64,000 bases of DNA from Polyangiales bacterium (GTDB taxonomy: Bacteria > Myxococcota_A > Polyangia > Polyangiales > Polyangiaceae). Every line of letters starts with the position of its first letter. The stretch's first letter is position 1. The notes under the pieces were generated by a model. The model searched no databases and was not told where the DNA came from. It saw only the letters and a program-made list of their open reading frames with translations. The DNA lies in NCBI GenBank assembly GCA_038231275.1, contig JBBRLQ010000021.1, positions 68,957 to 132,956 of the forward strand, given 5' to 3'. The translations under genes and the position numbers were made by a program. This document shows, piece after piece, positions 50,766-60,714 of this stretch.

Positions 50766-51644
50766 CTATTTTCCTGCGGCTTTGAGGTGCGCGAGCACCC
50801 GGTCGCCGAGGAGGACGTGGTCGTAGACGGCGAGCTCGTCGATCGCGCCGGAGTACGCGTTGCCGGTGCACGTGCAGTTCTGTCCGCCGATGGTGAAGCC
50901 CTTGCCGATCGCAGGAATGGAGACGCTGTTGGCGCCGGAGGACGCGCCGAGTGTGCCGTCGACGAAGACCCTCAGGATGTTCCCGTCCCAGGTCGCGAGC
51001 ACGTGGTGCCAGGTGTCGGCCGGCGGCGCGGTCGCCGTCGACGACGCGTGATCGGCGGGGCTCGCGTAGCGCTCGAAGCCGATCCCGTCGCTCCCGCCGA
51101 GGAGGTTCCACCCGAAGCGCGTGGTGTCCCAGTCCTCGTGATCGAGCACGAACCCGAGCCCGCTCTGCGCCGCGTCGCGCTCGAGCCACATCTCGACGGA
51201 GAACGCGGCGGTGCCGGCGAACTCGGCGATCGCGGGCATCGTGATCGGCGCTTGGCCGCTCAGGTGCACGGCGCCGTTGGGATCGCCGGTGAGCGCGCCC
51301 GGCACCGCGTAGGTCGCGCCGAAGGTCGGGTACGTGCCGTCGGCGGCGCGCATCTCGTCGCGCGCGGTGCCGCCGCCGGTCTCGCCGAAGCGCAAGTAGA
51401 AGAGCGGCGCGTCGGCCATGACTTCGCGCGCGTAGGCGGAGGCGATCGCGCCGTCGGAGCCGTCGCGTCCGCCGGCTCCATCGGTCACGACGTCGGCGCT
51501 GCCGTCCGTTCCCCCGTCGGCGCCGGACCCGCCTTCCGTCGCGCCGGCGTCGGCGTCCCGGAGGTGCTGCGGATCGTTGCCGAGGAGGGCGTTGCACGCG
51601 ACGAGCGAGCACGTGAGTGCCATCGTCCCGAGCGCGCGCGCCAT
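50766..51644 (-). CDS. LamG/concanavalin-like domain lipoprotein
   Basis: FSVEMW, WHHVLATWDG...VFVDG, GAIDELAVY; lipobox LVAC. Confidence 0.88.
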   Translation of the reverse strand: MARALGTMALTCSLVACNALLGNDPQHLRDADAGATEGGSGADGGTDGSADVVTDGAGGRDGSDGAIASAYAREVMADAPLFYLRFGETGGGTARDEMRAADGTYPTFGATYAVPGALTGDPNGAVHLSGQAPITMPAIAEFAGTAAFSVEMWLERDAAQSGLGFVLDHEDWDTTRFGWNLLGGSDGIGFERYASPADHASSTATAPPADTWHHVLATWDGNILRVFVDGTLGASSGANSVSIPAIGKGFTIGGQNCTCTGNAYSGAIDELAVYDHVLLGDRVLAHLKAAGK

Positions 51645-51736
51645 GGCGACATGGTGGCGGCCTTTCACCCTCGCGACAAGGTCGGCGAGCGCGCGAGAGT
51701 GCCGGCGCCCGTTCGCGCTGGTACGATGGGACGGTA

Positions 51737-53125
51737 GTGACCTCCTCGCCCGGTACCCTCATCGCCGACAAATACCGGCTCGATCGCGTCATCGCATCGG
51801 GGGGCATGGGCGTCGTCTACGCCGCGACGCACATGATGCTCGAGCGGCCCGTGGCGGTTAAGGTGCTTCGCGGTCACCTTTCCGACGACAAGAAGGCCGG
51901 CGCGCGGCTGCTCGGCGAGGCGCGGGTGGTCGCGGGGCTGCGCAGCGACCACATCGCCCAGGTCATCGACGTCGGGCTCCACGACGGCGCGCCGTTCGTC
52001 GTGATGGAGCTCTTGGAGGGATGCACGGTTCACGAGGCGGTCCACAAAGGCGGCCCGTTCGACGAGACGCGCGCCGCCGATCTCGTCATCCAGGCGTGCC
52101 ACGGCCTCGCCGAAGCGCACAAGCGCGGCGTCGTCCACCGGGACGTCAAGCCCTCGAACCTCTTCCTCTCGCGCGACGACGATCGCGAGACCTTGAAGGT
52201 CATCGACTTCGGCGTCTCCAAGGATCAGTTCCTCGAGAAGCCGGGTGAGGGAGAGGCGACGACGACCGGCACGCTCCTCGGATCGCCGTCGTTCATGGCG
52301 CCGGAGCAGATCCGCTCGGCGCGCGACGTCGACGGGCGCGCCGACGTGTGGTCGCTCGGCGTCGTCCTCTACTTCATGCTCACGGGCAAGAGGCCGTTCG
52401 AGGCGGAGTCGCTCCTCGAGCTCATGACGCAGATCGTCCACGAGGCGCCGCGCCCGCTCCGGGCGGTGCGGCCTAGCACCTCGGAGATCCTCGCGGCGGT
52501 GGTCGCGCGCTGCCTCGAGAAGGAGCCGGCGCTTCGTTTCCCGAACGCCGCCGAGCTCGCGCGTGCCCTCGCGCCGCTGGCCTCTACGCGGATGCGGGCG
52601 CTCGCGGCGCGCGTGCCTGTCGCGGCCGCGATGCCGTTGCGCGAGGCGGTCCCGGAGACGGTCTCGGAGCCGGCGTCCGAGCCGGTGGCCGAGCTCCCGG
52701 TCGAGGAGACCGCGTCGCTTCGGGGGTTCGTCCCCGAGACGACGACGCGCGCCCGCCGCCCGCGTTCACTCGTCCTCGTGGCCGGCGTCGTCGTGGGGCT
52801 CGGGGTGGGCCTCTCGCTCGTCCTTACGCGTCCGCGCGCCGCGGTCTCGCCGCCGGCCGTCACGCCTTCTGCGCCGACGACGATCGACACGACCGCGTTG
52901 CCGTCTCCCACGCCACCCGCCGCGCCACCGTCGCCCGCCGTCTCCGCGCCGCCGAAGGTCGACCCGCCGCTGACGCCGACGAGAGCGCATCCTTCGCGAC
53001 GCTCTCCGCAACCGCCCGCGCCTTCGAGCGCGAAAGCCGCGGCCGTGTCGCCGCCGCCCGCGCCTCCACCCCCCGCGCCGAGCGCTCCGGGGACGAAGCG
53101 CGATCTGCCGACGACGCCGGACTGA
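51737..53125 (+). CDS. Ser/Thr protein kinase, membrane-spanning
   Basis: GGMGVV, VAVK, HRDVKPSN, DFG, GSPSFMAPE; TM segment; Pro-rich tail. Confidence 0.95.
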   Translation: MTSSPGTLIADKYRLDRVIASGGMGVVYAATHMMLERPVAVKVLRGHLSDDKKAGARLLGEARVVAGLRSDHIAQVIDVGLHDGAPFVVMELLEGCTVHEAVHKGGPFDETRAADLVIQACHGLAEAHKRGVVHRDVKPSNLFLSRDDDRETLKVIDFGVSKDQFLEKPGEGEATTTGTLLGSPSFMAPEQIRSARDVDGRADVWSLGVVLYFMLTGKRPFEAESLLELMTQIVHEAPRPLRAVRPSTSEILAAVVARCLEKEPALRFPNAAELARALAPLASTRMRALAARVPVAAAMPLREAVPETVSEPASEPVAELPVEETASLRGFVPETTTRARRPRSLVLVAGVVVGLGVGLSLVLTRPRAAVSPPAVTPSAPTTIDTTALPSPTPPAAPPSPAVSAPPKVDPPLTPTRAHPSRRSPQPPAPSSAKAAAVSPPPAPPPPAPSAPGTKRDLPTTPD

Positions 53126-53171
53126 CGAGCGCCGTGCTCTTTCCCGGCCGTCGCCGCGCGCTCGGCGATCC

Positions 53172-53738
53172 TCAGTGCGCGGTTGCGCTCGAGTGGGACC
53201 GAGAGGCGTCCGGCGCGTACGCATGGAGCCCGCGCGCGCGCTCGGCGATGCCTTCGGCCGGCACACCCAGCATTTGGCGGAGCTCGCCGACGGTCATCTT
53301 CAAGAGCTCCTCGTAGCGCGCCTTGAAGTCGGGCGCGGTGCTCGCGCACAGCGGGAAGAGCGACGCGCCGTCGGATCGTGCGGCCCGCCACGCGCGGAGC
53401 GTTCGTCGGGGCGCGAGGAACACGCCAAGGAGCACCCCCGACGCGACGATTCCGCCGACGTAAGCGCCGAGCGGCCGGAGCCCTTGGCGCGCCTCCCACG
53501 CGGAGATTTCCCCCTCGCCCGCGAGATCCGTGCCGAACCCGGTCGCGACGTGGTGAAGATCATGGAGCATGATCCCCGCGCGGTGCCGGGCGGTGTTCGG
53601 CACACGGAAGCGGAGTCCGAAGAACGACGCGTCCGTCCACTTCGCGTCGTACGCGGCCAGCGTGAAGCCGTTCTCGGCCAGATACGCGTCGCGCGCCTGG
53701 CGAACGGTCATCGCGGACGAGAGGGGCGGCTCTTTCAT
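53172..53738 (-). CDS. Coq4-like metal-binding protein
   Basis: HDLHHVATGFGTDLAGE matches the HDxxH-x11-E Coq4 signature. Confidence 0.6.
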   Translation of the reverse strand: MKEPPLSSAMTVRQARDAYLAENGFTLAAYDAKWTDASFFGLRFRVPNTARHRAGIMLHDLHHVATGFGTDLAGEGEISAWEARQGLRPLGAYVGGIVASGVLLGVFLAPRRTLRAWRAARSDGASLFPLCASTAPDFKARYEELLKMTVGELRQMLGVPAEGIAERARGLHAYAPDASRSHSSATAH

Positions 53739-53871
53739 GGATGAGATCTAGGTCCGGCTCCGCTGCCGACAAGGCCTCCGCAGCCCGCCGCCGCTTGTGA
53801 CTGACCCGCGGCAGGGTAGCCTCGCGGGCAGCGCCCTGCGATGGGAATGCAGTAATCGCCCGCCGCCTGCC

Positions 53872-55338
53872 TCAGGTAAAGAGCTCCGGCACGTTGCCGG
53901 TGACTTCGCCGAGCACGTTCGCGGCGAGCCCGGCGGCGTTCATCGCGCTGACGAGCACGTTGGCCGGGTGCTTCCCCGTCGCGACGACGTGCTTGCCGGG
54001 CTTCAGCCCTCCCGCGCGCCCGGCGATGAGGCACGCCATGTTCTCCGTCGAGTGCGAGCTCCACTGCTTTCCGCTCGCCGGATCGTAGCCATGCCCGCCC
54101 TCGTGCAGCATCACCGCGACGGTGTTGTCGAGCAGGTTGCCGCTGCCCTCGGGCGTCGCCTTCAGCTTCCCGATCAGGTACGCGAAGTGCTTCATGTGCC
54201 ACGCGATGGCCTTGCTCACTTGCAGCGTCACGTCGTTGCCGGGGATGCCGTGGTGCCCGATCTCGTGCAAATCGCTCGCCTGACCCGTCATCGCGAACAT
54301 GTTGAGGTGCGACTGCGCCATCGTGAATTGTAGCGACGCGACGCGCGTGAGATCGCACACGATCGCCATGTGGATCAGATCGCAGAACACCTTCGCGCGC
54401 TGCTCCTCGCCGCTGTAGCCGAGGTTCTGATCGAAGGTCGTGCCCTGGTTGCCGCCGAGCGCGGGATCGGCGCCGGGATCGCCGGGCTTCACGCACGTCG
54501 CGCTCGGGACCGGCGGGATCGCCGCGATGCGGCGCTCGAGATCGCGGATCTCGTCGAGGTGCGCCTGCAGGCGTTGCTTGTCGGCGGCGCCGAGGCGCGT
54601 GAGCAGGCGGCCCGCGCGCTTGTCGATGAGATCGAGCACGCTCTTGCGCTGGCGGAGCTCGAATTCGGCTTGTTTTTGCGCGCCGCTGTTGTCGGGCGGG
54701 ACGAAGCTCGAGAAGAGCGAGTCGAACGCCTGCCGCGGGCTCACCGTCGCGGGGATCGGCGTCGGCTTCTGCCCGGCGGCCGCGGCCTTGTACGAGATGA
54801 TGTCGCGCCCGTACGGCGCCGACACGCTCAGGTACCACGCCGCTTGCACGCGGTAGACGAGCGACTTGAACGTCGTCGTCGTCCCGATCGCGTCGGCGAC
54901 GAGCTGATCGGAGGTCGGCCCCATCACCGTCTGCGCCGGATCGGACCGCATGCCCGAGAAGAGCGGGCTCAGCGAGTTGATGTGAAAGTCGTCAGAGCGC
55001 CCGCCCGCAGGGATCGCGCCGCCGTTGTCGTGCGCCGTCGGGATCTTGAGGCCCGAAACGACCGACACGTCGCCTTGCACGGCCGCGAGCGGCGCGAGCG
55101 CGCTCTTCAAGTCGTAGTTGGCCCCGACCGTGTTGGGCACGTAGTCGTTGATGAGCGGATCGTCGTCGCCGCCGAGCGACTGCCCGTCGAAGCAGACGAT
55201 GTAGCGCTTGGGGATCGTCCCGGGCGGTCCCGCGTGCGACCGCTTGCCATCGAACATGATCTCGAGCGCCGGCAGCGCGATGGCCACGCCGCCGAGACCG
55301 CGCAAGATCGCCCGTCGACCGAGCTTCAAGGACGACAT
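53872..55338 (-). CDS. DUF1552 family Tat-exported protein
   Basis: GRRAILRG...ALPALE; RKSVLD, AHLDEIRDLERR, GNLLDNT. Confidence 0.9.
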   Translation of the reverse strand: MSSLKLGRRAILRGLGGVAIALPALEIMFDGKRSHAGPPGTIPKRYIVCFDGQSLGGDDDPLINDYVPNTVGANYDLKSALAPLAAVQGDVSVVSGLKIPTAHDNGGAIPAGGRSDDFHINSLSPLFSGMRSDPAQTVMGPTSDQLVADAIGTTTTFKSLVYRVQAAWYLSVSAPYGRDIISYKAAAAGQKPTPIPATVSPRQAFDSLFSSFVPPDNSGAQKQAEFELRQRKSVLDLIDKRAGRLLTRLGAADKQRLQAHLDEIRDLERRIAAIPPVPSATCVKPGDPGADPALGGNQGTTFDQNLGYSGEEQRAKVFCDLIHMAIVCDLTRVASLQFTMAQSHLNMFAMTGQASDLHEIGHHGIPGNDVTLQVSKAIAWHMKHFAYLIGKLKATPEGSGNLLDNTVAVMLHEGGHGYDPASGKQWSSHSTENMACLIAGRAGGLKPGKHVVATGKHPANVLVSAMNAAGLAANVLGEVTGNVPELFT

Positions 55339-55348
55339 GCGACCTCCA

Positions 55349-56962
55349 TCACTCCGCCCTCCGGAAGCCGAAGCCGCCCTCGGCGACGACCTCCAGCATC
55401 AGCGGCGCGAAGCCGTGATCGGCGTTCTTGAATTTTGTGGTGAGGCCTTCGAGCACCGGCGTGTCCTCGCTCGCCTCGCGCCGTCCGATCGCGAAGCGAT
55501 AGAGCTGCGTCACCACGCACGCCTCCAGGTTGCCCGACGCGAGGAGCTTGTCGGCGAGCCCCGCCGGTCCGTTGAAGGGCCCGACGCCGATCAGCTCGCC
55601 GGCGCCGTCGATCGGGCACTCGGGCTTGCCGGTCTCCGCCGCGCGGAAGACGCCCGCCTTGTCGTACGCCTCGAGGCCGAAGCCGATCGGATCCATCTGC
55701 GAGTGGCAGCCCTGGCACGCGCCGTCGGTGGCGTGGGCCTTGTACTTGTCGATCTTGCAGTTGCCGGGCGCGTCGCTCGGAGGGTTGTCGCTCTTGGTGG
55801 TCGGCGGCGGCGGCGGGATCTCTTTGCAGAGGAGGCGGTTCTGCACGAATTTCCCGCGCTGCGTGGGGCTCGTGTCGGTGAACTTCGCGCCGGCCGACAG
55901 GACCGAGCCGTGCGAGAGGATCCCTTTTCGACCCGTGGTCCCGTACGGAACCCACGCGCCGGTGGTGCTGCCCGGCTTCGGCAGGCCGTAGTGATCGGCG
56001 AGGAAATCGTTCGCGAACGTGTCGCTCGACGTGAAGAGGTCGAAGTACGACGACGGCTTGTCGAAGACGACACGGTTGATGAGCGCCGCCGTCTCTGCGC
56101 GCAGCGCCGCGGTGAGATCGGGCGGGTGGGGGAGCTGGTGGAAGCTGAGCCAGAGCGCGTGGAAGCGGTTCACGCGATCGCGCGCGCGCGGGTTGGCCAT
56201 CATCGTGACGGCGGCGGCGCGGATGTCGGCGGGGCTGCCGAGCTTGCCGGCGGCGGCGATGTCGAGGAGCGCGTCGTCGGGCGTCGTCCCGAGGAGGAAG
56301 TAGGAAAGGCGCGTCGCGACCTCGAAGTGGTTCAGCTTGAAGACGCCGGCGAGGCCCTGAACTTCGGTGCCGACCTCGACGCGGTAGAGGAACTCAACGT
56401 CCTGGAGCATCGCGCGCAGGACGAGCTCGACGCCGAGGTCGAACGAGTTGCCCTCCACCGCGAACGCACCGAGGGCCGCATACTCGTCCACCTCCGCGGC
56501 CTCGAGCGGCCTCCGCAACGCGCGGCGCCCGAACGTGGTGATGAACTTCTTGAGGCAGTCGGCGTCGCCCGGCCCCGTCGGCGCGCACGGGAGGATCTTC
56601 GCGTGGATCGCCGGATCCGCGAGCGCGCGCTTCGCCGCAGCCGTCGCCAGCGTCTCCGCCGCGTCGATGAGCGCCGGCGAGACGAGCTGCGTGGCGTAGT
56701 TGTTGTCGAAGGGATCGTTCACGTCCTCCGGCAGCGTCGCGAAGCCCGAGCTCGTCGCATCACCGAGCAGATCGCGCAGCGTGTCGTCGTATTCGGTTCG
56801 CGTGAGTCGCCGCGCGCCGCTGACCACCGCGGTCTGCGCGTGCGCCACGTCGTTGGGGGCGGCGTTGGGATCGCGCGGCGGCAGGAGCTCACCGTCCGAC
56901 GAGCACCCGCCCAGCGCCGCGAGCACGAGGGGTACGAGCGTACGTTTCCAGCTCCGGCGCAT
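55349..56962 (-). CDS. DUF1592/DUF1588-family lipoprotein with a CxxCH motif
   Basis: RRLTRTEYDDTLRDLLG, RLSYFL, TSPTQRG, CQGCH...DPIGFGLE. Confidence 0.9.
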   Translation of the reverse strand: MRRSWKRTLVPLVLAALGGCSSDGELLPPRDPNAAPNDVAHAQTAVVSGARRLTRTEYDDTLRDLLGDATSSGFATLPEDVNDPFDNNYATQLVSPALIDAAETLATAAAKRALADPAIHAKILPCAPTGPGDADCLKKFITTFGRRALRRPLEAAEVDEYAALGAFAVEGNSFDLGVELVLRAMLQDVEFLYRVEVGTEVQGLAGVFKLNHFEVATRLSYFLLGTTPDDALLDIAAAGKLGSPADIRAAAVTMMANPRARDRVNRFHALWLSFHQLPHPPDLTAALRAETAALINRVVFDKPSSYFDLFTSSDTFANDFLADHYGLPKPGSTTGAWVPYGTTGRKGILSHGSVLSAGAKFTDTSPTQRGKFVQNRLLCKEIPPPPPTTKSDNPPSDAPGNCKIDKYKAHATDGACQGCHSQMDPIGFGLEAYDKAGVFRAAETGKPECPIDGAGELIGVGPFNGPAGLADKLLASGNLEACVVTQLYRFAIGRREASEDTPVLEGLTTKFKNADHGFAPLMLEVVAEGGFGFRRAE

Positions 56963-57154
56963 CGTGTCTCTAGGCGTAAACGTCTCGTCGCTCGGCAACC
57001 AGGCCGAAACCCCGCGCGAGCGGATTTGTGGAGGGGATCGTCCGTCGTTCTCACACCTTTCTCGTGGTCCGTCGAGGACCCAGGCTGTCTGTTCTCGCGC
57101 ACCTAGCGCCTCGGCGGTTGCAACGGCGACGCCTTCGTGGACATCTGACGATCC

Positions 57155-58222
57155 ATGCTCTTCGACCCGTTTACCCTCGGTCCCATTCCGCTTCGAAACC
57201 GCGTCGTCATGTCGCCGATGACGCGAAGCCGATCGATCGGCAATGTCCCCGGCGATCTCGTCGCGACGTACTACGGGCAGCGCGCGAGCGCGGGGCTCAT
57301 CATCACCGAAGGAACGTCCCCGTCACCGAACGGCCTCGGCTACGCGCGCATCCCGGGCATGTTCTCGAAGGAGCAGGTCGCGGGATGGAAGAAGGTGACC
57401 ACGGCCGTTCACTTGGCGGGCGGGTGCATCGCGGTTCAGTTGATGCACACCGGGCGCGTCGGTCATCCTGCGAATTTGCCGAAGGGAGCGCGCATGCTCG
57501 CGCCGTCGGCGATCGCGGCGCCGGGCGAGATGTGGACGGACGCAGAGGGCAGCAAGCCGCACCCGGTCCCCGAGGCGATGACCGCGGCCGACATCGAGAC
57601 GGCGATCGCCGAGTACGCGACCTCCGCGGCGCTCGCGCGGGAGGCGGGCTTCGACGCGGTGGAGCTGCATGGCGCGAACGGATACCTCATCGAGCAGTTC
57701 CTCAACGTCGCCTCGAACACGCGCACCGACGAGTGGGGCGGATCGATCGATGGGCGACTGAAGTTCGTCCTCGCGGTGATCGATCGTGTCGCCGCGAAGA
57801 TCGGCGCCGATCGGGTCGCCATCCGCCTCTCGCCGTACGGGGTCTTCGGGGGCATGCAGCCGGACGCGGACACCGATGCGCTCTACACGAAGCTCGCCGA
57901 GCAGCTGTCGGCGCGAAAGATCCTCTACGTGCACCTCGCCGACCACAGCTCGATGGGCGCGCCGAAGCCGAAGCCGGAGCTCATCGCCGCGATCCGTCGC
58001 ACGTTCAAGGGCACGATGATCCTCTCGGGCGGCTACGACAAGGAGCGCGCGGAGGCGGATCTGAAGGACGGGCGCGGCGATCTCGTCGCGTTCGGTCGTC
58101 CGTTCCTTGCGAACCCGGACCTCCCGGAGAAGCTGAAGAGCGGAGCGCCGCTGGCCGCGCCCGACCATGCGACGTTCTACACGCCGGGCGAAAAGGGCTA
58201 CACCGACTACCCTTCGCAGTAG
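57155..58222 (+). CDS. Old yellow enzyme family alkene reductase (NemA-like)
   Basis: MSPMTRSR, YYGQRAS, ELHGANGYL, RTDEWGGS, GYTDYP. Confidence 0.95.
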   Translation: MLFDPFTLGPIPLRNRVVMSPMTRSRSIGNVPGDLVATYYGQRASAGLIITEGTSPSPNGLGYARIPGMFSKEQVAGWKKVTTAVHLAGGCIAVQLMHTGRVGHPANLPKGARMLAPSAIAAPGEMWTDAEGSKPHPVPEAMTAADIETAIAEYATSAALAREAGFDAVELHGANGYLIEQFLNVASNTRTDEWGGSIDGRLKFVLAVIDRVAAKIGADRVAIRLSPYGVFGGMQPDADTDALYTKLAEQLSARKILYVHLADHSSMGAPKPKPELIAAIRRTFKGTMILSGGYDKERAEADLKDGRGDLVAFGRPFLANPDLPEKLKSGAPLAAPDHATFYTPGEKGYTDYPSQ

Positions 58223-58265
58223 CGCGAACGAGCCAGGCGCCCGACCTTCGTGGCATGATGAGGGC

Positions 58266-59819
58266 GTGGAATCGGGCGCATCTCCGCTCACGCCTGGCTA
58301 CCGGCTCGATCGGTACGAGCTGCTCTGCCCGATCGCTACCGGCGGCATGGCGCAGGTGTGGCTCGCGCAGCTCCGCGGCAAGCGCGGCTTCGAGAAGCTC
58401 TTCGCGATCAAGACGATCAAGACGGACTTCACCGACGACAAAAGCTTTCAAGAGATGTTCCTCGACGAGGCGCGCATCGCCTCGGGCATCCAGCACCCCA
58501 ACGTCGCGCAGATCCTGGACCTCGGCGAGCAGGACGAGATCCTCTACATCGTCATGGAGTGGGTGGACGGCGACACGTTGTCGCGCATCCTCAAGCTCGC
58601 GCGCAAGGGCGGCAAGGCCGTGCCGATCGGCGTGGCGCTCCGCGTGGTCGCGGACGCGTGCGAGGGTCTGCACGCGGCGCACGAGCTCTGCGACGAGGAA
58701 GGCGCCTCGCTCGGCGTCGTCCATCGCGACGTCTCCCCGCAGAACCTCCTCGTGAGCACCGCGGGGAGCGTCAAGGTGATCGACTTCGGCATCGCCGTGG
58801 CCAAAAACCGCCACGCCGGGACGACGCGCGAGGGCATCGTCAAAGGCAAGGTGCGCTACATGGCGCCCGAGCAGGTGAACGGCAAGACGACCGATCGCCG
58901 GGCGGACGTGTGGGCGATGGGCGTGTGCCTCTACGAGCTCATCACCGGCGCGCTGCCGTTCGACAGCGACAACGACGTCGACGTGGTGCGCCGCTTGATG
59001 AGCGGCGAGGCGCCCCCGCGTCCGGGCGGCGCGGTGCCCGAGGCGGTGGATCTGATCCTCGGGCGCTCGCTCGTGCGCGTCCAGAGCGCGCGCTTCGCCA
59101 CGGCCGCGTCGATGCACCGCGCCATCGAAGAGGCGATCGACGACATCGGCGTGGCGGCGACGAACGAGGACGTGGCGGAGTTCGTACGCAGCGCGTGTCC
59201 CGAGCTCGAAAAGAAGCGGCGCGAGACGGTCACCAAGGCGCTCACCGCCGTCAAGACCCGCGCCACCGCAGCCAAGGCGCCTGCCCCGGCGGACAGCGGC
59301 ATCTCGCTCGACGAAGCGCTCGCGCCGACCGTCCTCTCGGGCAAGATCCGCGAAGGGAGCGATCCGCCGAAGAGGGCGCACGAAGAGTCCAAGCCCACGC
59401 TGCGCGCCTCCGAGCTCGTGCGCGAGCGGCCCTCGCGTGGCGGTGGCATCCTTTGGCTCCTCGCGGTCGTGGGCGGCGTCGGTGCCGGGGCCTGGTTCGC
59501 CTGGCCCGGCGGAGCACGAATCCGCGCCGCGCTCGAGACCCCGGCGCCGCAGCCACACCCCGAGCCTTCGATCGCCGCACCTCCGCCACCCGCGAGCGCC
59601 GTCGTCGACACGTCGCCGTCCGCGGCACCCTCGATCGATCCGGCGACCCTCGCGATCGCCGATGCCGGCACCGACGCGCCGCACCACGCGACGAACGATC
59701 CGCGTCGCCGCATGCACCTCTGGCCGGTCGTGCCTGCACCTGCCGGCTCCGGCGCGGGCCTCCTGCCAGGCCTCCCCCCCGCGCCGAGCGCGTCGCCGGA
59801 CGACGATAACCCTTACTGA
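58266..59819 (+). CDS. Ser/Thr protein kinase, membrane-spanning
   Basis: GGMAQV, AIK, HRDVSPQN, DFG, GKVRYMAPE; TM segment; ends NPY. Confidence 0.95.
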   Translation: MESGASPLTPGYRLDRYELLCPIATGGMAQVWLAQLRGKRGFEKLFAIKTIKTDFTDDKSFQEMFLDEARIASGIQHPNVAQILDLGEQDEILYIVMEWVDGDTLSRILKLARKGGKAVPIGVALRVVADACEGLHAAHELCDEEGASLGVVHRDVSPQNLLVSTAGSVKVIDFGIAVAKNRHAGTTREGIVKGKVRYMAPEQVNGKTTDRRADVWAMGVCLYELITGALPFDSDNDVDVVRRLMSGEAPPRPGGAVPEAVDLILGRSLVRVQSARFATAASMHRAIEEAIDDIGVAATNEDVAEFVRSACPELEKKRRETVTKALTAVKTRATAAKAPAPADSGISLDEALAPTVLSGKIREGSDPPKRAHEESKPTLRASELVRERPSRGGGILWLLAVVGGVGAGAWFAWPGGARIRAALETPAPQPHPEPSIAAPPPPASAVVDTSPSAAPSIDPATLAIADAGTDAPHHATNDPRRRMHLWPVVPAPAGSGAGLLPGLPPAPSASPDDDNPY

Positions 59820-60577
59820 GACGACGCGACGCGATCCTGATCCGGATCGAAGCGCGGCAGCCGAGTGAACCCCTCCTCATCGCGCACGCGCGGGAGGACG
59901 GTCGGGACAGGCGCGCGATGAACCGCAGCGACACGCGACGCGGGGGCGCGTCGCGGTAACGCGGTCGTGGTCGCGGTCGTGGTCGTGGTCGTGGTCGCGG
60001 TCGTGGTCGCCGTCATCGTCGCGGTCCCGATCGGAGTCGGAGTCGGAGTCGGAGTCGGAATCGGAGTCGGAGTCGGAGTCGGAGTCGGAGTCGGAGTCGG
60101 AGTCGGAGTCGGAATTGAAGCGACTGCGTGTCTCGTAGGCTCGACTCCAATCGTCGCCGCAAGCACCCCGCTCACCCCCAGCATCAGCGCCGTCACCGCG
60201 ATCGCGATGACCTGCTTCGTGCGGCGCGGCATCGGCGGCGGCACTTCGCGTGGCGTGACGTCCGCCTCGACGAGGAACGCATCCAACCTCGGTGCCCCCA
60301 GCTGACGCGCCGGCGGCACCACGAGCTCGCCGAGATCGATCTCGGTGTCGCGCCGCGCCCACGGGGAGATGTCTTGCCTCCTCCTCGGCCCCTTCGCCCG
60401 GCGCGCGGCGGCGGGCAGCGGGGGCGGTCTCGGCGCGCGGAGCTTCCGGATCGCCGCGAGCGAAAGGATCAGCGACGTGTCGAGCATTCCAGAGCGGCGC
60501 GCGCGCGACGCGTCGAGTTCCTCTTGGATCGCACGCGCGACGTCGAACACCGTCGAGCTGAAGTGGGGTGAGCGCAC
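59813..60577 (-). CDS. Hypothetical single-TM protein with a Pro/Thr-rich tail (start uncertain)
   Basis: Hydrophobic segment VIAIAVTALMLGV followed by (PT)n and poly-Thr. Confidence 0.55.
   Translation of the reverse strand: MRSPHFSSTVFDVARAIQEELDASRARRSGMLDTSLILSLAAIRKLRAPRPPPLPAAARRAKGPRRRQDISPWARRDTEIDLGELVVPPARQLGAPRLDAFLVEADVTPREVPPPMPRRTKQVIAIAVTALMLGVSGVLAATIGVEPTRHAVASIPTPTPTPTPTPTPTPTPIPTPTPTPTPIGTATMTATTTATTTTTTTATTTALPRRAPASRVAAVHRAPVPTVLPRVRDEEGFTRLPRFDPDQDRVASSQ
59962..60113. repeat. GAGTCG hexamer and GTGGTC-type tandem repeats
   Basis: Directly visible in the sequence. Confidence 0.9.
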
Positions 60578-60714
60578 GCTGGACCTGTACGCAAGTCCCG
60601 CGCCGTCGTCTCACGCGCGCGCGCACCGTATTTTCTCGGCATCGCGAGGGTGGATCCTCCGAGAAACGCGGCAGGAATCGCGCGCTCGTCGCCGGCGAAA
60701 AATTGCCAGATCGC

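Noticed and set aside
57000..57060. Third copy of the AGGGGGAT enhancer before the second DUF1592 gene
   Set aside because: Only a partial half-site (GAGGGGATCG) is present, with no correctly spaced GG-N10-GC.
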